Shown one piece after another: positions 1 through 28,200 of a DNA stretch of 64,000 bases; the stretch's first letter is position 1; every line of letters starts with the position of its first letter. The position numbers were made by a program, and so were the translations under genes. Source of the DNA: Macrostomum hystrix (Eukaryota; Animalia; Platyhelminthes); the NCBI GenBank assembly GCA_950097015.1, contig CATNEN010000003.1, positions 7,502,001-7,566,000 of the forward strand. Direction: 5' to 3'. The notes under the pieces were generated by a model. It searched no databases. It had not been told where the DNA came from and saw only the letters and a list, made by a program, of their open reading frames with translations.

Positions 1-231
1 TACTGTTAGACTAGGGTGTCTACTGTTAGACTAGGGTGTCTACTGTTAGACTAGGGTGTTTACTGTTAGACTATGGTGTCTACTGTTAGACTAGGGTGTC
101 TACTGTTAGACTAGGGTGCCTACTGTTAGACTAGGGTGTTTACTGTTAGACTAGGGTGTCTACTGTTAGACTAGGGTGTCTACTGTTAGACTATGGTGTC
201 TACTGTTAGACTATGGTGTCTACTGTTAGAC
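1..231. repeat. 20-bp minisatellite (tactgttagactagggtgtc)n, runs off the window start
   Basis: About 11.5 near-identical tandem units are visible; probably intronic to the gene ending at 868. Confidence 0.97.
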
Positions 232-388
232 AGGCCTAATAGACAAACGGTCTCCCTTTATACATGATAGAAAATAGAGTATGATGTTAAAACTACTGTA
301 TTTTTAAATGACATAGGAAACGGTCTCGTGTTATGATTTCATCAAAGGCATACAAAAACCTTTTACCACTGAAAATAACTATATCCAG

Positions 389-868
389 GTGCTGGCTTTC
401 CTCCGCCGATTTCGCCCACCTGAACCGCTAAGCTCTCAGCCAAGCGGGCTGACATTTCTGGACTCTATGCGTCAGCAACAGCAGCAGCAGCAGCAGGCCT
501 CATCCAATCAACAGTCCTCATCGATAGCTGCCTCATCAGAACCGGCTTCCAAGCGTTCTCGCTTAGCAGGCGTGGCCAGCTCTGGGCAGCCGAGTATCAC
601 GCTGACTCCTGCCCCAGTCCGATCTGGCCTATCCCTGCAGGAGTGGCACCTGGACAGGATTCGGGCTGGCCTGTCTAATCGTAGGCCAGAATTTCACGGT
701 CGTCTAGTTTGTAAGCCGGGTGAAATCTATCCGTTGTATCAGCATTTGACAGCTTCATCGGCTTCAGCTTCCGCTAGCAACTTAGAGCAGTATCAGCCAC
801 AGCATCAGCAGCAGCAGCAGCATGTTCGGAGTAAAGACCCAAGAATTTCTTTAGGAGGGATGGGCTAA
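389..868 (+). CDS. Terminal coding exon of an unidentified gene that starts upstream of the window
   Basis: Acceptor tccag just before 389, GC-richer open frame with polyQ tracts, TAA at 866-868, AATAAA near 996. No family recognised. Confidence 0.65.
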   Translation: MLAFLRRFRPPEPLSSQPSGLTFLDSMRQQQQQQQQASSNQQSSSIAASSEPASKRSRLAGVASSGQPSITLTPAPVRSGLSLQEWHLDRIRAGLSNRRPEFHGRLVCKPGEIYPLYQHLTASSASASASNLEQYQPQHQQQQQHVRSKDPRISLGGMG

Positions 869-1406
869 TGCTTGTTCCATTCTATTAGAAAGTGACGTCA
901 TTTGCTTATGTTAATTCCAATCGATATTTTCACTTTTGATCTGACTATAAGCCATGCTGTTTATTTTAAACTCACAATGGTTTGTTCACTTTCAAATAAA
1001 AGTTATTCATTCTCATTTGTACTGTGCATCAGCATTTGCTGCTAAGTGGATGTGTTACATATAAATATATAATGTTCACATAAAACTTTTATAGCTGTGT
1101 TTCTTGTCGCCAGCACGTTATCTGCTTCTTATACTTTTACTTTTAGATAGCAGAAAAAATCTAATGACAGTTAATCAATCTTCGACTCAGAGAATGTTTA
1201 GGATCGCTGCCTATATTGTAAATATCCTACTCAAATATTCTAGCAGCTGTTCTCAATTTCCTACTCAGGGGATATTTAGGATCTCAAATAGTTACTGATC
1301 CAGTAACCATCATATTTAAAAGCCCCGAAAGACTTGTTCTAGCTGTCAAACTCACTGTTTCAGTGGCCACAGCCATAACAGAAACCTAACGGCCAACTAG
1401 ACAGCC

Positions 1407-2018
1407 ATGGGATTCAAGTCCAGTCCGTTAATCATTGACGCTCGCGGCCACCTACTGGGCCGCCTGGCCTCCATCGTGGCCAAGACCCTCCTGCTTGGCC
1501 AGCGGGTTGTTGTTGTCCGCTGCGAGGGCATTGTGATCTCCGGTTCCTTCTTTCGCAACAAGACCCGCTTCCACGAGTTCCTGCGCAAACGGCTGAACAC
1601 CAACCCCAGCAGGGGTCCGTATCACTTCCGCGCCCCCTCCAAGATCTTCTGGCGCACCGTGCGAGGCATGCTGCCGCACAAGCTGGCCAGAGGCGCCGAA
1701 GCTCTCGACCGCTTGAAGGTGTTCGAGGGCATTCCGAGTCCCTACGACAAGGCCAAGCGTCAGGTTGTGCCATCGGCGTTGAAGTGTCTCCGACTGAAGA
1801 CTCGGCGCAAGTTCTGCGTCCTCGGCCGTCTGTCGCACGAGGTTGGCTGGAAATACCAGGGCGTCATCGGCACTTTGGAGCGTCGGCGCAAGGTCAAATC
1901 GGCCCACTTTCACAAGCGTCAGGTTCGAGACCGCCAGCTGCGCGCCAAAGCCATCGAGAAGGTGAAGGACCGAGTAGCCAAGTATCAGAAGATCATTGAG
2001 TCCTATGGGCACAAGTGA
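1407..2018 (+). CDS. RPL13A: 60S ribosomal protein L13a (uL13), uninterrupted CDS, 203 aa
   Basis: [47 protein letters not shown] and [12 protein letters not shown] are diagnostic; gccATGg start context; AATAAA near 2088. Confidence 0.98.
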   Translation: MGFKSSPLIIDARGHLLGRLASIVAKTLLLGQRVVVVRCEGIVISGSFFRNKTRFHEFLRKRLNTNPSRGPYHFRAPSKIFWRTVRGMLPHKLARGAEALDRLKVFEGIPSPYDKAKRQVVPSALKCLRLKTRRKFCVLGRLSHEVGWKYQGVIGTLERRRKVKSAHFHKRQVRDRQLRAKAIEKVKDRVAKYQKIIESYGHK

Positions 2019-3929
2019 ACAACAACTGTTGTGACTGGATTTGCTTGGAGAAATGGGTCGATTAGAATTTCTAGAATGTTGCTTGGGAAATAAAATGAGT
2101 CGCCAATGAATCAATAGTGTTCAATTGACAATGCCCTGTTGGAAGAAATTTGAGACGGATTTCGCGTATTTCCTTGCTATTTATTTTTATCCGATAGGTA
2201 CACCATGCATACACCTGGTTTATTACGAGTAATACGATGGACTTATTGTTATTCGCATTTAATGATTAGACTATTATAATTGCACACTTTTAGGTTACTT
2301 ATATTAATATGTGTATGTATACGGAGAATGAGTGGTACGGCGGTTAAAAACGTTGTTAAAAAACACGTACGTTTGACTGCACTGCCACTGTACTGCTGTT
2401 CTGCAGTCCAAGGACTGGGCGGACGCCACAACCACTCTAAGGTTCCCCAGCTCAGCCTCAACCTCAATATATATGTAACATTTTACAATAATGCATAATA
2501 CACAACTACAGCTGGAATACAATAGAGGAAATTTGCGATTTCATTTTCGCGAAAAAGTTGTCGTACAAACAAATATCTTTAGTTTCAGACCGAAAAAATT
2601 AAACCCGCTACTCAATTAAACTTTATTAGTAGTAAAATTTGCGTCTGAACTACAAATCCGAAGAACAAGGCAGCTTGCACGCGTGCGGCGCACGTGCAAT
2701 CTACTTTTTTTAACTGCATGATGAAAAATCTAGTCAAGGACGTTTCAGTTGGTGGAGCTGGGGCTCGAAGTAAGCGAAAGTCGGCCAAACTTTCCAGTGC
2801 AAGAACAGACAAGTAACTTTCATTTGATGCCAATATGACCCCTGTGAGCACTCTTCTGCAAGTTCTACGTTACCATTGTCTACGTGTTTTGTTTGTTACC
2901 GGTTGTTTGAAGCACACCTGCATATGCGTTAATCCATTTGAATTTGCGTTGTTGCTTCAAGGTAAACATAAATTAATAATCTGAAGAAAGGAACTAGCCA
3001 GCTAACATTACATCTCTGCATTTTCGATATTTGAATTTCCGATCTTGCATTTCCCAATTTGACAGATTCCATAGAAAGCAGGGGAAAACTGGCCTCCTGA
3101 GGTAATGGGTATTTCTTCGCTTCCAGTCCAGATGCTATTATATAGAAGTCCTTGCAGCATATGGTCATCATTGGATTTGCACCCAATTGGAAATGAAACT
3201 TTTCGCTCCAAACGTATAGTCTATGGCCATGCATCATTTGGCATGCGCCAAGTGGAAAATGCCTATGACACAAATCCCTAGAATCACTTAGGGAACAATA
3301 CCCGTCTGGGAAGTTGTGCCCTAGCCGTTTTGAATTGGTTTTTGGACGAAGCTAGACACAGTCATGCATTGTCATTAACTTTTGTGAGCTCAAGTGTCCC
3401 TTTTCGGGGTATCAATGAATGAAATTTCGTCTCGAATTTTCGTAGTCTATGGTAAAACAAGTTCCAACCAAGTATGCTTTTATGTTTTAGAATAAATTAT
3501 ACATTTTATAGGATTATTATGATTTTGTTTTCTTTTACGCTTTCGTACTTTCATAATTTCGTAACAGTATAACGCAATATTTCGGCTTGTTAGTTTAGTT
3601 CATTCAATCAAATGTCGTTTTACTTCTAAGCTACAGCTTACCAACTCCAGTTAGATTAAACGTGAAATTCTGGAAGGTCCCGTGAAATTCACGACGATTG
3701 TAGCCGATTCCATAGACACTTCACCATCCTAACCAACACGACGGATAAAGACATGGGAGGCGCTTGTCTCGACGCTCAGCGCTGATGACATCGCACGGAA
3801 GTCGGCATCGCGCTTCACTCGCATATAGCGCTCTACGCTCGCTGAATTCATGTGGCCGCGGTGTAAACTGCGATGGCAACGTTTGAGAAGCGGCTGTCAT
3901 TCAGTACCGTCATGTGTGTAACTCTAATG

Positions 3930-4332
3930 CAGGGGTCGGCAAACTCCGGCCCGCGGGCCAGATGCGGCCCTCGAAGCTCCCAAATCCGGCCCGTTGCCCC
4001 TTCTGACATCTACAGTGTCCTGTTTCATCTCTCTCGTGTCTCATCTCTTCCGTGTCTCATCTCTCCCGTGTCTAATCTCTCCTGTGTCTCATCTCTCCAG
4101 TGTCTCATCTCTCCCGTGTCTCATCTCTCCCGTGTCTCATCTCTTCCGTGTCTCATCTCTTCCGTGTCTCATCTCTCCCGTGTCTAATCTCTCCCGTGTC
4201 TCATCTCTCATGTGTCTAATCTCTCCCGTTTCTAATCTCTCCCCTATCTCATATTTATACAGTCAATGCGGCCCGCTGTCGTCTTTTAGGTTCTCTCTTT
4301 GGCCCGCCAGCAAATAAGTTTACCTACCCCTG
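3930..4332. mobile_element. Non-autonomous hAT (Charlie/MER58-like ends) MITE carrying an internal 17-bp minisatellite
   Basis: Left end caggggtcggcaaact, right end agtttacctacccctg (imperfect inverted repeats). Perfect 8-bp target duplication ctctaatg at 3922-3929 and 4333-4340. Confidence 0.9.
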
Positions 4333-5535
4333 CTCTAATGCAATGGTTGGTATAACGCTTAGAGAGGGCCAGTTTAGTGGACAGAGAGCTCATTAGTTGC
4401 ATGGTCAATTGCATTTTTGCCCACTCGTCGCGTAGCGCAGTTCCTACGTTTGTCCGCTATAGGCCTCCGATTGGCAGCAGTAAACGTCGACGAGATCTCC
4501 GATAATGTTTACTCCTGGACGGTTGATATTGTAGAACCTATTGACATTGACAACTGCAAAATTCTATGTTAATGTTATATTAATATCAGTAAACCATTCC
4601 TATTGGTCGAAGCGTTTTATCTGCACGGTTAATATATAATACGAGTATATATAGCTTGCATTGTACCGACAGTTGCAGAGCTGTCCAGTAAAATAAACTG
4701 CGATATGAAACAAATGAGATGTGCTTACCCTTTACCAGTTGTCAAGAATTACTAAAAATATATGATTTTGGTACAACTAAAAGAGGCAATGTTATGTTAA
4801 TATAAAGCTTGCCATTTCAGGTCAAGCTGAGTATACTCAAATTAAAATTTATTAGTCATGAGCTTATTAGAATTAGAATAAAATTGGAACATTGTTTAAG
4901 AATATTTGAAGCACATTTTTGCTGCACCGCTGGTATCATTGTCCCATGCACTAAATTGCTCTTAATTTACACTTAAATGCAACAAGATACGCTCGTACAC
5001 ATATTAGCAAAATTGCAGAAATATTTTTGTAAATATAGATAAAACAATTTTTTAAAAATTTCAACGAAATTCGTGTTACGTAATCCGTCTACGAGCTAGG
5101 TAGAAATTTCCTGTATTTATTTGACGTCTCTGCGAGTTTCTAAAAGTAGAAAGTCTAATGACAACTTTAAGGTATAAATCCTACAAGCGTTGTTGTTTTG
5201 CCAAAAACGTGTAAATTCAACATGCAGTACAATGTATTTTTATCCGATCATACATTTAGAGCTCAACACTACATTAACCGGCGCGATCCAAATTAAACTG
5301 GTACTACGTCGGTCCAATTAGCGCTAGAAAAATAAACTAACTCTCAAAATGAAGCAGTCTGCCTGTGCTGAAAAATCCCCACAACAAAACATGAGCTGCA
5401 TAAATTGAGTTGTTTGCAGCTATAATACAATCCTCTGATCTTGAGTTTAGCTGCCTGACAATAAAATATTATTGAAGAGACACAGAATTCTGAACTGAAG
5501 CACACTGTCAGATCCACACAAGCTGCCAGTCAGAC

Positions 5536-6285
5536 ATGAAGGCCATTGGATTCCCAGCAACAATGATGCTGACGCTTCTCGTTCTTGCTAGAATGCCCGA
5601 AGTCTTCTCTGAGGCCTACAACCTGCTGATGGGATATCTGTGCGTCAGGAGCGACTTCATCGTGACAGTCCAGGGAAGCCTTACGGATATTGAATGTGCC
5701 GTTTTGTGCGAACGAAACCAGCGCTGCCAGGCCTTCACCATGGCTGACAGTCCGTGTCAGCTATTCGTGTTCGACAAGTGCAGCAAGTCGGTGAGGGACT
5801 GCAGCTGCTCCAGGAGAGGCCAGGTGTTTGTGAAGCAGCAGCCGGGACTCGAGGCTGGCAAGCTGTGTCCGACTGGCTACGGAGACGACCTGTGCGGAGT
5901 GAAGTACAAGCTGCTAGCTGGCAATGACTACTGGTTGCCGAGCAGACAGAAGTGCGAGTCGGAGAGCGGTCTGGTGATCATGGCCGATGTGATCAACGCT
6001 GCTGAACTGAGCCACATTGGGACATTGTACAGCAGCGTAGCATCTGCCATCTGGCTAGGAGGTCTTCAAGCTCCAGGCAGTCCGGAGCCAGCTGGAGGCT
6101 GGTACTGGGTCGGCTGCAACATCACCATGGACGGAAGCCTATGGGGCGCTAATGAGCCAAATAATCAAGGTTCTAATGGCGAGAATGCGGTTGGTCGCTT
6201 CCCAGCAAGTAGCACCATAGTGGATATGTGGCAGTCAGGTGGTATTTTTCAAGTTGTCTGCGAGTGCGTGTCACCTTTTGACTGA
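5536..6285 (+). CDS. Secreted PAN/apple-like plus C-type lectin domain protein, single exon, 249 aa
   Basis: Hydrophobic signal peptide; ECAVLCERNQRCQAF...C is a PAN pattern; IWLGG, WYW, WGANEPNN (EPN motif) and terminal VVCEC are C-type lectin features; TATA-like tataat near 5421. Confidence 0.85.
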   Translation: MKAIGFPATMMLTLLVLARMPEVFSEAYNLLMGYLCVRSDFIVTVQGSLTDIECAVLCERNQRCQAFTMADSPCQLFVFDKCSKSVRDCSCSRRGQVFVKQQPGLEAGKLCPTGYGDDLCGVKYKLLAGNDYWLPSRQKCESESGLVIMADVINAAELSHIGTLYSSVASAIWLGGLQAPGSPEPAGGWYWVGCNITMDGSLWGANEPNNQGSNGENAVGRFPASSTIVDMWQSGGIFQVVCECVSPFD

Positions 6286-7290
6286 GATGAAAATTGACTG
6301 TTAGAGAGACGTACGAGTCAATGAGCATGTTCTTATTGCTTAGTTGGTGTATGTAAAAGTCCATTGTTATCATGTGACTATTGACTCAAAAGTATAGAAT
6401 ATTCTATATAGTACTTTAATTTATATGAAAGCAGAATAGTGCATTGCATACATTTCCTTACAGAAAAATATTTTCTTTTGTTAAAGCCTAATAGAGTCCT
6501 ACCTAACACAGCCATTAGGCAAGAAATCGTTCCCAGCTTTTACCAATTGTTATCGTAGAATTTTCTAGATTCGCGATCGATTTTTCTTTACCGCGATTGT
6601 TATATTTAAGGTCCATTTGAATATGTCAGTATTTTAATTGCAGGTTTACAAATTATGGCGAAAGTGTTTTTGTTCCTAAAATCTAACGTGTAAACGTTAA
6701 ACTGTTTAAACGTGTAAAACTATAATTGCCATGAAATCTTATAGATGTGATCACAAAAAGTTTAAACAGCTTGACGTCATTAACTGATGGTCAATGCGAC
6801 ATTGTCAACAACTTTCGCATCATTTTACGAGATTGAATTTTACATTTTTTAGATGTAAAAAAAGATTTTTTTAGATTTTTTTTACTTTTTAGAGATCTTA
6901 TAGATGGAGATTTCATTAGATCTTCTTATAAAACATAGTCCTTGCTGTCCTTGCATATCTGTCCTGACTTACTCATTTCCAGACAATATATGTTTTTGTA
7001 CTTTCACTGTGCAGCACCTTTTTGGGAGTCATATTGGACCTCTCTGCACCAGGGCGTCTAATTGCACGACAAACCTCTCGAGATCGGGGCGGCCGGACCC
7101 TGACTCATGCAAATATATTCTGCAAATGTTTATCCGATAAAAAAGTTTCATCGTTTCATGAAATTTTGCATAAAATCTTATTCTATGCAGATGTTTATAA
7201 GCGTCTTTGTGGACTACCTCAATTTGGTCTATTTTTGTTTCTACTTCTAATTTATTCTTATTTTTCTTCTGTCAGTGCAGACAACACGGC

Positions 7291-7530
7291 CAGTGGCGGG
7301 TCCATATGCAGCTTATTCTTTCGGGGGGCTAAACCTGTTGGTAAATCGGGCTCCACAACAAGAAAAGTGCCGAATCGGGCGCCAAAAAGGGACGCCATTT
7401 ACAACAATCTGGACGCCACTTTGGTGGCACTTCGAAGTAAGCGCTAGGCTTAAACTTGCATACAAACATTTTCAGGGAGACGCTGTGAGGGGGCGCCAAT
7501 CAGGAGTATTTCAATTGCGGATCCGCCCTG
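7291..7530. mobile_element. 240-bp hAT-type MITE
   Basis: Ends cagtggcgggtcc and ggatccgccctg are imperfect inverted repeats; perfect 8-bp target duplication aacacggc at 7283-7290 and 7531-7538. Confidence 0.85.
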
Positions 7531-10404
7531 AACACGGCTATGTTTAATTTGATCAAATGGCTATATAGCTAATAGATGAAGCTATTCGTGGCTCCGTAGT
7601 AGACATATCATTTTGCAGCGTAGCCTTTCTTTTAAAAAGATCTTTTTTATAGAATACCCCAAGCATGTGTAAGACATATTTGCTACTGCTACATCCACTC
7701 GCAGTTCATAAAGAAGTTTTAAACGGTAAATTTGTCCAAAGTAAAAAACTAAAAATTGCGGTACAAAAGAACGTTGAAAATTAAAACGAAGTTTTGTGTC
7801 AACTTACTATTTAATTAAGTTTAATAAGAGCTCTAGCATGAAATTCAAGTATTAAAATATTTTGTCTTAAGAATTTTTTGAAGACCTTAAAACTTGTCTT
7901 CGCACTAATTTAATGTATGTGAAAAATTTAAGATCTTCGGCCTAAAGATCGTGTACATGTACTTTAAGAACGAAGTCACATAAGAAGAAGTCGGTAATTG
8001 TGTTTTAAAAAACAAGAACATGTCAATTTCAGCAATTTTTTTGCGTCGTAGTTGGTGCTCAAGCCTGGCTTCCTATTGTTTCTTTTATAAAAAAAGTTGG
8101 TGCCTAGGCAGATGTTTTGCATCTTCTACCTCTTTAGTTCAATCTTTGATACTATTTCTTCTATCTGCCTATCGGCGAGTTTGTATTGTTACTATTGGCA
8201 TTGTGTGTACAACTTTTATCAGTTGCTTTTATCTGGAGTGTTTTCTCACTCTCCTTTGTCCGTAAAGGTTACGAAGTGAAACCTATTTAAAGGAAAAAAA
8301 GTCAAAATTTTATCTTGTCATGTATCTCAAATAGCTACAAAAGAATCAGATTTGTTTAATTTAACATTAGAAGTTTAACTCAACAAAAATGTGTTCATTC
8401 AATTTTTTGGTCAGTGAAATAGAGCCAATATATATAGTGTAAATAAATATTATGACAATGTACTTTTTAACTTTGAATGAACATTTTGTTGATGTGAAGT
8501 GTTGAACTAATACAACTAATATTTGAAAAATTGCTTAGGCCTATGCCACTGTTAAAATGAATTAGCACTGGTTTAACTAATTTACTTTTAACTGCATAAA
8601 AGGTAAATAGATTTTTCACCAAAATGGTTGTCACTGAAAATGTAGTCACTAAAATAGTTGTCACAGAGTGTATTGGCTTATCCATTTTGTGACTAAGTCC
8701 ATTGCATGGCAGCATACGATGATGATTGATGACACAGAAAGTTATTCTGTGTGGTAGTAATTTTGGCCCATTTAGTCTGCTCTTTAAAATAAAAAATATT
8801 AATTTTATTTATAAACTATTAATATATTTAGTCAATGGTAGTGAAGTCTTTCTAAGCATTAGGCCTATTTTTATATTTTATAGCTAGCCTAAAAGCAAGA
8901 ACTCTAGCTAAAAACATTTATTATCACTGTTGTATATAATTTTAATTTGTGACTATTTTACAACTATCTGGATCTTGCTAGACATTTAATTTTTTAGATA
9001 TATTATAAGGCCTAGTAGTTACTTTTGTAGATTGTAGTTAGTTGTTTTTAGTATTTTAGCAGTTATTTTTTACCTAAATGTCTGTTATAAAATGGTTTTT
9101 ATTGTGCTATCAAAGTGAATGTTAGAGCCTACCAATGTTTATGTTACTAAATAATAAGTAGGCTGCTAATAATACTTTTTGTATAGGCTAAGTAGAAGTG
9201 TGCAGTCACTTATATACCTACAATTGTGAATTGGTATTAAAATTGTACAATTTGGTTAAGAAAGTTAAGTTCTTAAGTAAGTTAAGTGGTACCAAAGTTA
9301 CTGATGGCTAATTTTTTTTATTTTTTATTTTATTTATTGCTAATAATTGCGATAATCTCGCTAATAATACCTACTAAAATACTATCTTACTGTACTCACA
9401 GTATAACAGAATGGTCTAATTAGTCTAGTATGCTCTAGTTGTATTGAATATTACAACTAAATTAGTTTAGTTATGGTCATGGCTTGTCTTTAGCCCAAAG
9501 TCTAGTATTGTTGTAAATCAATGAATACAGTAAAAAAAGTTGTAATTCAATTATTTATATTTCACTAAAACTAGAGTATAAAATATTATAAAATATAGAT
9601 ACATAATAATACTTATTGTTATTATTATTATTAAGTGCATAATAAAACATATTATTTTTATGTATGCATGTATATTCTAAATGATGGCTAAGGTGTTTTA
9701 GTTAGCTATACATATAAAAATTCATTCAACTATCTATACATCCTTAATTTTTACTCATATGGCTTTACCTATCTTTTATGCTGGATCTGACATAGCTTTA
9801 GGCAAAATTATTTTAATCACTGGCAAAAAATTAACTGTAGAGTACTTATTTCCATGTTTACTGATTTTTTGTTTCCTATTTACCAGAAAATTAACCATAT
9901 CAACACAATTGCTCTCTCATTTTATGACATGTTTATCAATTAGACCTTGCTTTTAGAATAAGTGCTTCTCCTACACAGTTATGGCTAGCTAGTAGTCTGT
10001 AGTAAGGCTAATATATGGTTTAAAATAGGAATATAAATTTTTGACATGTTATATATTTGCAGTGATATATTTGACAACTACATTGACAAACTATTGGGTG
10101 AGTACTGTTAGGAGTGTAGATTAAATTAAATGTAAATTAATTATGCAATTTTCTTTTTGTATAAAGAAAATAGCATTTTGTATTTTTGTATTTTAATCCC
10201 AAAATATTAATTTAATTCTTTATAACCAACTTTCAGACACACCAGTGCAGTGAACTGCCCCGTGGCTTACAGATCTCCATAGGAGAGCCACAAAACTACT
10301 GTACTATTTTTTGATCTGAGAGTTCTGCATTTCTTTATCAAAGTCTGCCAGAGACAGCATTTTGCCTGCCTGTCTAAAGACAAAAGAAAAAGCAAACTAA
10401 AAAA

Positions 10405-25241
<14,837 letters not shown>

Positions 25242-28200
25242 AGTGCAGAATGATTTTGTTCTGTTCTGTTCTGTTTTTTTTCGGTCCTAGAACACTGAGT
25301 GGTTAGTTTGCTTTTAAGGATTTCATCTTCATTTAACTAAATTTGACAGTATGTGTTCTGTTTCGTAATTTTTTAGCGCCAGCGCGTTCACTGATCGACT
25401 CAAAAATGGACTCATTTGATCCCTCTAATTGCAATCTATTCTGCTACAGATGGACATCTGAATCTAGAACTTGGCTTTATTCGCTGCTAAATAGCTTGCA
25501 ATTAATACCACACTGTCTATTGTATTTTCAAATCTATTTGTCTTTGTCTTCAAAGAAAATACTCTATGTAAACAAAGACAATGAGATGAATAGTGTCATT
25601 TTAAACCTGCGTAATCCCATTCGAATGCCTCGATTTTCATTCTTCCCGAGCCACGGAGCGATCCGGTTATTTTTCCTTTATCGCACTTCATGAGTCGTCT
25701 GGGAATTGTGTACGATGCTGTTTAGTACTCGTAAATGTATTTCGTTTACTTTTAGCAACATCTAGCTAGCTTTGTACTTTACGATTGGTCACAGAGTGTG
25801 TTTTCTTTGCTTTCGTTATTAATCTAACGTTGTACAATATAGCTTTTAGTGCGATATTTTTACTCTTAAGATTTATTTGCTATTAAGTTTGAAAAATATT
25901 CATGTGACACCAAATAGTTGCTTAAAATACGCCTAAGCTCGTATGATAAGTGATTCAATGAATAGAAATCATTTCCTGATTGGCTAGCGGACAATAGAGG
26001 TTTCACGCGGCCTTGACGTGATATTAAATGTACATTGTTCTATAAATAGTAACAGTGCTTGCGCTCATAATCGGAGCCGCACCCAGCCAGATTTCAACCC
26101 CAGTTTAAAGGGCGCCAAAAATGGCCACAAGGGCAGAAATTCGAACTCGTGACTCATGAAACAAAACTTTCAAACTAATAGCAATCATTTTTTATTTAAT
26201 CTGTCATGTTTGTAGCAAAAAAATTGAGATAGTATTTTTTCTTAGCCGATTTACAATGAGTAGAGAAACTTTTCTATGCGACTAATATTGAGTGCTTTTG
26301 TTACTCGTATATTCAATCATGAACAAATTGGTCTCACAGTCTGATCTGGCGCTTCGATTTCGTTTTCGCGTGTTAAAGATCTCCTATAGCTAACGATTAA
26401 CAATCAAAAAGCAGTTTCAGTTTTTGTTTATTTTCTTTTTGAAGCATTCTTTGTTTAAAGATAACTGCTTTGCTTGTTAATTTTTGCTTTTTTCCGCGCT
26501 TTGCTTTTTGCACGCTTAATTATATTTTGCGTTGTTGCTATGGCGAAATCTCAGTTTATTGTCAATATTTTATTCCCGCTAATGCACTCATCATTTTGGA
26601 GTGGAGGTCGTCTTTAAAATGTGCACAATTTGCAATAAATATTTTTTCATTTTTTCTGCGAACTCATTTTATCAATTTAAGTTTTTGTGCGCTGATGTAA
26701 TTGAACGCTCACGTCCATTTGTCTGCGTCGTTTCTTTTTTAAGTAAAATGTCCATGCGATGAGTTGGCCTAGCTTGCTGATCGACAACTTTAAAAGTGTA
26801 ATACTCTAATCTACTCAATTTTGGCCGATCCCTTCTCGATATAGACTACTGACGCGTACAATTAAGTAGTCTTAGTAGCGCATTCAGTACGGTTGTGTTG
26901 CATTTTTGTTTTTGTGTTTGACGAAAGCGATTGCTTGCGTTTGCTGTGTCTGTTGTTGCTTTTTTGAAAAAAAGACGGGGTCTATTTTGTTAGAAAAAAA
27001 GGTAGGGCTCTTCCCATTACCCTTTCACTTGATCCTTTATTTTTTCTGTTGTGACTTCAATTAAATGAAAGTTTTGCTTTTCAATAGGTAAATCTGGGAG
27101 CTTTTCGGTCTTAGTCGGTCTGCTTATTTGAGTTAAGTTTGTCACCAAGCTTTTTGTTTATTCATTCATCCATGAGTAGTTATTGTGCTATATATATTTT
27201 TATTTGCGCAGTAATAAAATAATCTCAACAGAAAGTTACGTCCTACTATTCTATTTCACTGCTCGTTTTCAACTGAATAATTCTTTTATAACTCATTATT
27301 AGTTATTCCGCTTCTCTGCAAATATTAATCTGATTACATACAAAATATACTTACATAAATATATATATATGCATAAAGAAGTTATTTGCTCCGTGTTTGC
27401 ATCTCGTGATTAGTCTAAATAGATCAATAGTTAAATGATTTTTTCTTACTTTTCAACTGCCCTTCAAAATGTTTTAACCAAGGACCTTGAAGGACGGAGC
27501 ACTTCGTTTCTTTCGAAAATTAATTCAAGGCTGATTGTCTCGCAAAAAAGCACGAGCGAGAACTTTCACGTTTTCAAAATCTGGATAACTTTGGAAGCTA
27601 ATTTTATTACTGTACTTTCAATATATCTTGCCAATAATTTTTCTTCAACGACTTTGAGAAAGTCTAATTTATGAATAATTAATGTTCATTTGATTGTCAT
27701 CTTTTTATTTGAATTTAAGCTATTAAGGGCACATTTCTACCCTGATTATTTATTTGTTTTAATTCGTTTGGAAGCGGAGATTTGACTAATTCATTTTCCA
27801 GGAGTTTGTTAACCGGAATCATATGCAAATACACGAACAAAACTCACTTATAGTCATTTGATATTAATTTTTTCTTTTATTTAATCTCTTCAAGTACATC
27901 AATAATCCTGAAGTACCGTATGGTTTGTCCTAGCTAAAAGGCTGGACAAGTGGATTGAGAGCTGACAGATTTCCGTTTTTAACTTTATTTAATTAAAGTA
28001 TTCAAGAATCTCGGAAATCGTAGAAGTATTCCATTCTAAAAACAACTTATGTAATCCAGCTTGCTTCATTTATAACATTTTCCCTAGTGAACAGACTGGT
28101 TAGGATTTAAATTGTAAAATTAAGACAACAATTTTTACGATTAAAACCTAGAAAGATTATGTTCCTAAGTTTTATATCGAAATATTATTATAGCTAAATA

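Noticed and set aside
1020-1360. snoRNA upstream of RPL13A (the vertebrate gene hosts C/D snoRNAs)
   Set aside because: No canonical RTGATGA C box paired with a CTGA D box and terminal stem.
1432-2114. Long antisense ORFs over RPL13A, and similar ones over MARK, the ankyrin gene and SLC22
   Set aside because: Shadows of GC-rich codon usage on the coding strand.
2929-3420. Possible decayed transposase fragment on the minus strand
   Set aside because: Coding-like composition, but broken across frames with no motif I can assign confidently; needs BLASTX or HMM search.
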